IMG/VR virus record: IMGVR_UViG_2974779775_000001
Coordinates: 124,108-135,653 of that record
Source of the DNA: Samistivirus egole
Lineage: Duplodnaviria > Heunggongvirae > Uroviricota > Caudoviricetes
Length of the DNA stretch: 11,546 bases
Strand: one strand, 5' to 3'
The notes under the pieces are model-generated. The model saw only the letters and a program-made list of their open reading frames with translations. It had not been told where the DNA came from and made no database searches. The position numbers and the translations under genes were made by a program. Shown here piece after piece: positions 6,600 to 11,406 of the stretch (its first letter is position 1; each line of letters opens with the position of its first letter).

Positions 6600-6661
6600 A
6601 CCTCCCGGTACCAAGAGTAGTGCGTGTACAGGTAGAAGTGAAGCCACTCAACGAAGTGCAT
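6584..6661 (-). CDS. Aromatic-rich micropeptide, 25 aa
   Basis: MHFVEWLHFYLYTHYSWYREVCENV*. AGGAG SD 5 nt upstream. ATG is 2 nt after the upstream TAA. Confidence 0.55.
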   Translation of the reverse strand: MHFVEWLHFYLYTHYSWYREVCENV

Positions 6662-6663
6662 GT

Positions 6664-6987
6664 TTACTCCTGACAGAGAGGCAGGCCCAAGTCGTCCTGC
6701 ATGTCCAGAAAGTCCGAGTTGAAGATTTCAAGGTACGTGCCACCCTTGATTTCTTCGATACCGAGCATGTATGCCACGATGAGCCTGTGACATCCCTCGT
6801 GAATCATGTTCTGCTCCTCATCATAGCAGATGGGAGAGACGATTCCAAGGGTCTGGCATGAGTCCATGAACTCATCCGACAGCTCAGACAGCTTGCGCAA
6901 GAGAAGTTGTTCACGAGTGAGACCAAGAGCCTCGGCGTCGTAGAACAGAGCGTTGTCGATGAGTGCCTTCACACTGTACATCTTCAT
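6664..6987 (-). CDS. ParB/Srx-like domain protein (paralog 2), 107 aa
   Basis: SDEFMDSC..LGIVSPI....HEGCHRL..A..LG. Aligns by eye with 6113-6418. Confidence 0.75.
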   Translation of the reverse strand: MKMYSVKALIDNALFYDAEALGLTREQLLLRKLSELSDEFMDSCQTLGIVSPICYDEEQNMIHEGCHRLIVAYMLGIEEIKGGTYLEIFNSDFLDMQDDLGLPLCQE

Positions 6988-7010
6988 TGCTTTCCCCTTT
7001 CGCTAGTACG

Positions 7011-7040
7011 AGTCTACTGCACTACCGGGCCCCATGTCAA
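7011..7040 (-). promoter_or_regulatory. Promoter P9
   Basis: TTGACA, 18 bp, TAGACT (7016-7011). Confidence 0.85.
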
Positions 7041-7071
7041 CACATCTGAAAAATGTCCGGGGCCGCCAAAA

Positions 7072-7089
7072 GGGGCCCCGAAGGGCCCC
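7072..7089 (-). terminator. Cassette-end C(UUCG)G hairpin
   Basis: 7-bp stem GGGGCCC/GGGCCCC. Confidence 0.6.
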
Positions 7090-7113
7090 CAAGGGGTCAA
7101 GCCGTTGTTGTGA

Positions 7114-7386
7114 TTAGTCCTCGCTGGTGTCCTTCTGGCTCACCAGCTTCGCACGACCGAGCAGAGAGGCGTCAGCCTCCTTCCACTTACGGACCGGGCG
7201 ACCGGTGCGCACGCGGGGGAAGCGGGCCAGGATGGCACGGGCGCGGGTCTCGTCGGCCTCCAGGATGTCGAACCGCTGGAAGGGAGCGACGTTGGACGTG
7301 GCACCGAACTCGATGTCCACCCCCTGGACAATCATGGCCACACGGAGGGCGAGAGCGTCACGGGCGGGAACGATACCGGCAATCAT
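7114..7386 (-). CDS. Hypothetical protein, 90 aa
   Basis: GGAG SD 5 nt upstream, GC3-rich codons, followed by the cassette hairpin. Confidence 0.8.
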   Translation of the reverse strand: MIAGIVPARDALALRVAMIVQGVDIEFGATSNVAPFQRFDILEADETRARAILARFPRVRTGRPVRKWKEADASLLGRAKLVSQKDTSED

Positions 7387-7499
7387 GTGAACTCCACTGC
7401 TAGAAGTAAGCTGGGGTATGAAGTTGTCAGAGACTTTGGCAGGAAGGGAAAAACCTCACGTTGCGAGGCCCTGTGGCCTGTCCCCTTGTGCTTAGCTAG

Positions 7500-7529
7500 A
7501 GTCTAGCAGGCTGACCTACTCGCAGTCAA
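7500..7529 (-). promoter_or_regulatory. Promoter P10 (-35 lies inside the upstream CDS)
   Basis: TTGACT, 18 bp, TAGACT (7505-7500), with extended TG. Confidence 0.8.
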
Positions 7530-7698
7530 CCAGGTACTCGGGCTCGTCGTCCTCGGAGACGGTCCAGATGTCCGCCAGCCATCCGCTACGGATGACGCCA
7601 GCCGACACGAACTTGTGCGGCTCAGCAGCCTCACGGACAGCGTCCGCGTGCTCCTCTTCGGAGATGATGCTGTAGCCCTCGGGAATCTCGAACGTCAT
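7516..7698 (-). CDS. Small acidic hypothetical protein, 60 aa
   Basis: AGGAG SD, own promoter and leader hairpin. Confidence 0.8.
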   Translation of the reverse strand: MTFEIPEGYSIISEEEHADAVREAAEPHKFVSAGVIRSGWLADIWTVSEDDEPEYLVDCE

Positions 7699-7743
7699 GA
7701 TTGCTCCTCTCTTGGGGAGGTTTCCCTCCCTTTCGATGTTCTA

Positions 7744-7772
7744 AGTCTACATGAGAGATGGGGCGGACGCAA
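7744..7772 (-). promoter_or_regulatory. Promoter P11
   Basis: TTGCGT, 17 bp, TAGACT (7749-7744). Confidence 0.75.
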
Positions 7773-7813
7773 CACCCAATATTCGTTAGGCTGCCTAAGT
7801 TGTCCGGGTCCGA

Positions 7814-7823
7814 CCCCGAAGGG
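7814..7823 (-). terminator. Short cassette-end C(UUCG)G hairpin
   Basis: CCC-CGAA-GGG on plus, 3-bp stem, 8 nt past the stop at 7832. Confidence 0.4.
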
Positions 7824-7831
7824 CCAGACTG

Positions 7832-7990
7832 TTAATCTCCCATGTCATCCAAGTGAGCATCGGGAGCGGGCTCGAACTCAAGGAAGGTGTCTTCGAAAAG
7901 CACCATCCATGCGTAGCCCTCACGGTTGTCAGGATTGCACTTACCACGGTGCATGTCACCCGTGGCAGCACCACACTCAATGCAGGTCAC
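7832..7990 (-). CDS. Small CCHC-type Zn-binding candidate, 52 aa (not in the ORF track)
   Basis: GTG start overlaps the upstream TGA (GTGA), GGAGG SD. Sequence MTCIECGAATGDMHRGKCNPDNREGYAWMVLFEDTFLEFEPAPDAHLDDMGD*. Confidence 0.75.
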   Translation of the reverse strand: MTCIECGAATGDMHRGKCNPDNREGYAWMVLFEDTFLEFEPAPDAHLDDMGD

Positions 7991-8205
7991 TCGGCCTCCT
8001 TGATGTCCATGGCAACCAGCATGTCAACCCTGCTGACAGTGAGGGCAATCTCTCGCCCGTCCTTGTCAGTGAAGTTGAAGGTACTTGCCTTGGCAGCGAC
8101 CGCCTTGCGCCACGACTCGTTCGTCTCCTCCGCACTGTGCGAAGTCAGAGTGAACAGAACCGGCTTGTCACGGTGGGCCAGGTGAACAGCAACGCGAGTA
8201 GCCAT
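7987..8205 (-). CDS. Hypothetical protein, 72 aa
   Basis: GAGGA SD, own promoter and leader hairpin. Confidence 0.8.
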   Translation of the reverse strand: MATRVAVHLAHRDKPVLFTLTSHSAEETNESWRKAVAAKASTFNFTDKDGREIALTVSRVDMLVAMDIKEAE

Positions 8206-8250
8206 GATGCATCCTCTCTTCCGGGAGTTTTTCTCCCTTTCGATGCTCTA

Positions 8251-8279
8251 ACTCTACACCATCAGACAGACAGAATCAA
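8251..8279 (-). promoter_or_regulatory. Promoter P12
   Basis: TTGATT, 17 bp, TAGAGT (8256-8251). Leader ATCGAAAGGG starts at 8244. Confidence 0.75.
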
Positions 8280-8297
8280 GACTGTCGGGCCCCGACA

Positions 8298-8315
8298 CGG
8301 GCCCCGAAGGGCCCG
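8298..8315 (-). terminator. Cassette-end C(UUCG)G hairpin
   Basis: 7-bp stem CGGGCCC/GGGCCCG. Confidence 0.6.
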
Positions 8316-8326
8316 GCGGGAAGGTG

Positions 8327-8611
8327 TTACTTCTTGGCCTTGGCGCGCTTGTTGCTGTGGTTGCCGTTCATGAGGGCCGTGAAGTCCAGCATGATGTTCT
8401 GCTTGAAGTTGGTCGCTCCGTGGAACTTGCCGTCCTGGTCACGGATGACGATGCGGACCTCGGTGGAGTCGCTGCCCGGAGTGGTCTTCCAGGTCTCCAG
8501 ACGGATGCTGTAGGTGCTCTTGGAGCCCTTGACCTTGAAGCCCTCGGAGATGGTGACGCTGGAGACGATGTTGTGGTTGACGTCGGTCGCCTTGCGAAGG
8601 GTAACAGCCAC
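8327..8611 (-). CDS. Hypothetical basic protein, 94 aa
   Basis: GTG start with AGGAG SD, GC3-rich codons. Confidence 0.8.
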   Translation of the reverse strand: MAVTLRKATDVNHNIVSSVTISEGFKVKGSKSTYSIRLETWKTTPGSDSTEVRIVIRDQDGKFHGATNFKQNIMLDFTALMNGNHSNKRAKAKK

Positions 8612-8663
8612 GGTGACTCCTAAGTCTCTGCTAGGGGTTTCTTTCCCCCTTGCTGATAGCTAA

Positions 8664-8692
8664 AGTCTACACGACTCAGCCGACAAGTACAA
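8664..8692 (-). promoter_or_regulatory. Promoter P13
   Basis: TTGTAC, 17 bp, TAGACT (8669-8664). Confidence 0.75.
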
Positions 8693-8731
8693 CCCATGAA
8701 ATTATGTCCGAAATGTCTGTCGGAGCCGGAC

Positions 8732-8749
8732 AGGGGCCCGAAGGCCCCT
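8732..8749 (-). terminator. Cassette-end C(UUCG)G hairpin
   Basis: 7-bp stem AGGGGCC/GGCCCCT, 4 nt past the stop at 8754. Confidence 0.6.
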
Positions 8750-8753
8750 CCCG

Positions 8754-9080
8754 TCAGTCTGCCAGGATGGCGGCCAGACGCTCACGCTGCGCACGGTCAT
8801 GCGCACCGGAACGGCTCGCGTACTCCTGGAACTCGGAGACGGTTTCGACGGAGAAGTGTCCGTTTTCGTCCAGCTTGGCCACACGAACGGTGTAGCGTCG
8901 GGCGTAGTCGTCGTTCCGCTCCGAAGAGACGAAGAACATGGACTGTCCGTCGATGGTGCTGTAGCACATGTCCGAAATGCGCGACTTCCACCACCGCATG
9001 GTAGAAGCGGAGAAGAAGTGGTTGCCCTGGTCCTTGGCGATGGCCTTGGCGTCCTCGATGCTGAACAGAACCTTACGCAT
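8754..9080 (-). CDS. Phage hypothetical protein, 108 aa
   Basis: Start MRKVLFS with GAGGA SD. The HFF...TMRWW.SRI...FFVSSE...RRYTVR pattern recalls a widespread uncharacterised phage family. Track start at 9224 trimmed. Confidence 0.8.
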   Translation of the reverse strand: MRKVLFSIEDAKAIAKDQGNHFFSASTMRWWKSRISDMCYSTIDGQSMFFVSSERNDDYARRYTVRVAKLDENGHFSVETVSEFQEYASRSGAHDRAQRERLAAILAD

Positions 9081-9109
9081 TTGGGGTTCCTCTCCCTCGG
9101 TGTAAGACG

Positions 9110-9138
9110 AGTCTATCAGAGACAAGGGACATGCACAA
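9110..9138 (-). promoter_or_regulatory. Promoter P14
   Basis: TTGTGC, 17 bp, TAGACT (9115-9110). Confidence 0.75.
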
Positions 9139-9176
9139 CACCTACCGGGCCTTTTTGAAAATGTCCGACCCCGACA

Positions 9177-9190
9177 GGGCCCGAAGGCCC
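9177..9190 (-). terminator. Cassette-end C(UUCG)G hairpin
   Basis: 5-bp stem GGGCC/GGCCC, extendable by GACAG/CTGTC. Confidence 0.55.
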
Positions 9191-9195
9191 CTCTG

Positions 9196-9510
9196 TCAGG
9201 ATTCGATGGACTTCTGACGCTCACGCGGGAGCGCAGCCACCTCCGTGATGATTTCGGTCAGACGCTCCTCATCGACCCACCCCTCAACGGAGTCATCCAA
9301 CACGCCATTGTCGTCAGGCATGTTGCCCTCGGGGTCGAAGATTCCGCATTCGACTCCGTAGGTTCCGTACGCCTTGACGACCGACAGACGCCATCCGTTC
9401 TCGTAGTTGACGTAGAAGTGGATGCCCGTTCCGTTCTCACCGTGACGCGGACCGAAAGTGACCTTTGCACCCGGAGCAACGTCACGCGCGATGTTGGCAA
9501 GCTCACTCAT
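9196..9510 (-). CDS. Phage hypothetical protein, 104 aa
   Basis: Start MSELANI after purine-rich GAAGGGAAAG. Contains NGWRLSVV..YG...E and DDSVEGW..EE motifs. Track start at 9570 trimmed. Confidence 0.8.
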   Translation of the reverse strand: MSELANIARDVAPGAKVTFGPRHGENGTGIHFYVNYENGWRLSVVKAYGTYGVECGIFDPEGNMPDDNGVLDDSVEGWVDEERLTEIITEVAALPRERQKSIES

Positions 9511-9541
9511 GGTCTTTCCCTTCGTCGTTTTCGTTAGCACT

Positions 9542-9570
9542 AGTCTAGCAGTCGGATTTTTGAGTCGCAA
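9542..9570 (-). promoter_or_regulatory. Promoter P15
   Basis: TTGCGA, 17 bp, TAGACT (9547-9542), with extended TG. Confidence 0.75.
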
Positions 9571-9631
9571 CCCCTCAGACCGATTTTTTAGTCTGTGGGC
9601 AAAATGTCTGTTTTTTTAGTCGGGGGCGGAC

Positions 9632-9643
9632 GCCCCGAAGGGC
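9632..9643 (-). terminator. Cassette-end C(UUCG)G hairpin
   Basis: 4-bp stem GCCC/GGGC. Confidence 0.45.
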
Positions 9644-9651
9644 TAGCCGCC

Positions 9652-9963
9652 TTACTCCCAGGGCCGGTAGTCAGACCAGTCGGAACCCTCGTGATTCTGA
9701 ATTTCGACGGTCACCGTGTCACCCAAACGGTGATTCACGCTGTACAGGGAACGGCTGGAGCCCTGGTAACGCCTCTGGGCCTTTGCCCACTTGACCAGCT
9801 TCTCAGCCTGCTTACGGGAACGGCAGGGCCATGCCTCGATGCACTCTCCGTAGTTGTACCACCATCCGCCCTCTTCCGAGCCACCACAGGCCCGGTCCAC
9901 CAGATGAATGTTCACCCAGTGCTTGTTCCGACGACGCTGACCCATACGCAGACCCTTGGCCAT
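9652..9963 (-). CDS. Phage hypothetical protein (GGxEEGGWWY motif), 103 aa
   Basis: AAGGAGG SD. VNIHLVDRACGGSEEGGWWY and a terminal RPWE recall an uncharacterised phage family. Confidence 0.85.
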   Translation of the reverse strand: MAKGLRMGQRRRNKHWVNIHLVDRACGGSEEGGWWYNYGECIEAWPCRSRKQAEKLVKWAKAQRRYQGSSRSLYSVNHRLGDTVTVEIQNHEGSDWSDYRPWE

Positions 9964-9987
9964 TTCCGCCTCCTTGTTGATGACCTA

Positions 9988-10016
9988 AGTCTAACAGAAG
10001 CCTAGGACAGATTCAA
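9988..10016 (-). promoter_or_regulatory. Promoter P16
   Basis: TTGAAT, 17 bp, TAGACT (9993-9988), with extended TG. Confidence 0.75.
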
Positions 10017-10071
10017 TATGCTTGCCAGGATGTACAGTGATTGTCGGACCCGGACAAAAAAATTCGCCTAC

Positions 10072-10132
10072 AAATTCACCCCTCTTTTCTAAGGGAATCT
10101 GGGAAGAAATCCTTGAAAAGAGGGGTGAATTT
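10072..10132. repeat. 18-bp perfect inverted repeat (long hairpin)
   Basis: AAATTCACCCCTCTTTTC (10072-10089) / GAAAAGAGGGGTGAATTT (10115-10132), with inner AAGG/CCTT pairing. Confidence 0.85.
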
Positions 10133-10318
10133 TTTCTGCGAATGTTTTTCGAAGGTCAGATTGCGACTTTTTCGTCTTTTCCTGCCTCACAAAGGCAGTA
10201 TTTCGAATGTGTCGCCTCGATTGCGACAAAGCCGCTTTCCTGATACCTCGAAAGAAGGTTGGCCAGAAGGGACGAGTTGAAAACCGGTGTTTTGGATTTC
10301 AGCCCGTCCCTTTCCAGC

Positions 10319-10376
10319 AAAAGGGACATACTGTGGAATCGAACCTGAGAAACAGCCTTTTTCCGCATTATGCCCC
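10319..10376 (-). terminator. Stem plus UUUU element after the 48-aa gene
   Basis: On minus, GGGGCAUA (10376-10369) pairs with UAUGUCCC (10330-10323), followed by UUUU. Confidence 0.5.
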
Positions 10377-10386
10377 CCCCTACTGC

Positions 10387-10533
10387 CTAGGCCAGTTCGG
10401 ACATGTGCGGGTAGGCGTCCCAGTCGAAGCCGTCCACACGGTCACCATCCTGCACATCGGACACAGGCACCGTGATGGTGGTGAAGACACCAGCGTCGCT
10501 GGCCTGCTCAAGAAGGGTACGGAGGTCAGTCAT
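10387..10533 (-). CDS. Small acidic hypothetical protein, 48 aa (not in the ORF track)
   Basis: MTDLRTLLEQASDAGVFTTITVPVSDVQDGDRVDGFDWDAYPHMSELA*. AAGGA SD and own promoter. Confidence 0.75.
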   Translation of the reverse strand: MTDLRTLLEQASDAGVFTTITVPVSDVQDGDRVDGFDWDAYPHMSELA

Positions 10534-10564
10534 GTTCTTCCTTCTTCCTCTTGGTGATAGCTCT

Positions 10565-10593
10565 AGTCTAGTCTACGTACATGGGGGATGCAA
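10565..10593 (-). promoter_or_regulatory. Promoter P17
   Basis: TTGCAT, 17 bp, TAGACT (10570-10565). A second overlapping TAGACT is at 10575-10570. Confidence 0.75.
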
Positions 10594-10653
10594 GCCCTAG
10601 ATGTTCCGGGAATTTTCAGCGCCTATCGTACACGCGCGGGGGAAATGTGGGGT

Positions 10654-10781
10654 ATGTACTTAATGTACCTTAATAGGGCCTATGTACCATATGTCCGATA
10701 TGTACCATGCGTACCTGTATGTACCCATATAGCAGGATATATCCCCTATCCTCCCTATGTACCGAATGTCCGATATGCCCG
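10654..10781 (+). repeat. Degenerate tandem repeat ATGT(A/C)C with about 9-bp period
   Basis: ATGTAC at 10654, 10663, 10682, 10700, 10719 and 10757. ATGTCC at 10691 and 10766. GCGTAC at 10709. Confidence 0.75.
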
Positions 10782-10896
10782 TTTGTCGGGGACGGACTGT
10801 TACACATCCGTTATCTAAGAAACCCTGTTTTGGTGGTTTGGCGGGCCCTGACTAGGGCATGATGTAGGCATAGCCACTACGGACCAGGGAGACACA

Positions 10897-11358
10897 GTGA
10901 ACGCCACCACCGCCACCCACACCAACACCCACACTGACGGCCGGACCTGCACCTACAGCACGGAAAAGGCCACAAACGCCCGTGTGCGTAGGCAGGTGCT
11001 CGCTACGGTCCTGTACCTGGCTAGCCTTACGGGAGACAGTGACGGGGCCACATGGGCTAACTGTGTGGGGTGTGGGGAGCGTGCCCACGTGGGTGGTACG
11101 CCTAGGGCCATGGACACGTTCAACCTTGGCCACGTGCACAGTGATGCTGAGGGTGGCATGTGGTGCGTGTGCAACTTCCTTCCCCTGTGCAGGCAGTGCA
11201 ACGTAGACATGGGCAAGGAACACATGATGGACCTTCTCACCCCGATGTATGACAATCGGGACATGTGGGACGGTAAGCTCCTCAAGGACACCGGGGCTGA
11301 GGTTGCACCCATGGACAACCGAGGACGTGCCCGCTGGAACGCCCCCACGGGCCGCTAA
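10897..11358 (+). CDS. HNH endonuclease (Zn-binding), 153 aa
   Basis: CVGC ... LGHVHS..EGG...VCNFLPLCRQCN gives the CxxC-H-N-CxxCN HNH signature. GTG start with AGGGAGA SD. Confidence 0.85.
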   Translation: MNATTATHTNTHTDGRTCTYSTEKATNARVRRQVLATVLYLASLTGDSDGATWANCVGCGERAHVGGTPRAMDTFNLGHVHSDAEGGMWCVCNFLPLCRQCNVDMGKEHMMDLLTPMYDNRDMWDGKLLKDTGAEVAPMDNRGRARWNAPTGR

Positions 11359-11372
11359 GCGGCTTTGAGAGT

Positions 11373-11406
11373 AGCCCCTAGGACGTAGTGGCCTAGGGGC
11401 TCTTTC
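11373..11406 (+). terminator. Terminator after the HNH gene
   Basis: 10-bp stem AGCCCCTAGG/CCTAGGGGCT followed by CTTTC. Confidence 0.7.

Larger units (their letters stand above)
955..10797. repeat. Dyad motif GTCSG-N3-CSGAC, 16 intergenic copies
   Basis: Exact copies at 955-967, 1379-1391, 3574-3586, 4138-4150, 5354-5366, 6485-6497, 7802-7814, 8284-8296, 8719-8731, 9163-9175, 9619-9631, 10043-10055 and 10785-10797. One-mismatch copies at 1777-1789, 2986-2998 and 7055-7067. Confidence 0.9.

Noticed and set aside
1840-9570. Upstream starts given by the ORF track (3000, 4859, 6204, 6559, 9224, 9570)
   Set aside because: The extensions run through promoters, hairpins or neighbouring genes and lack SDs. 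Internal starts with good SDs or leaderless geometry fit better.
1871-10005. Long plus-strand ORFs (e.g. 2275-2913, 2932-3504, 3555-4109, 4630-5241, 7615-8373, 8799-9158)
   Set aside because: These are antisense shadows of GC3-rich minus-strand genes. They cross cassette boundaries and have no recognisable motifs or RBS.
955-10797. CRISPR array or integron cassette array as the explanation of the repeats
   Set aside because: Repeats are short and degenerate, and are separated by whole genes of variable length rather than 30-40 bp spacers. There are no attC RYYYAAC/GTTRRRY ends, every cassette has its own promoter, and no cas or integrase gene is in the window.
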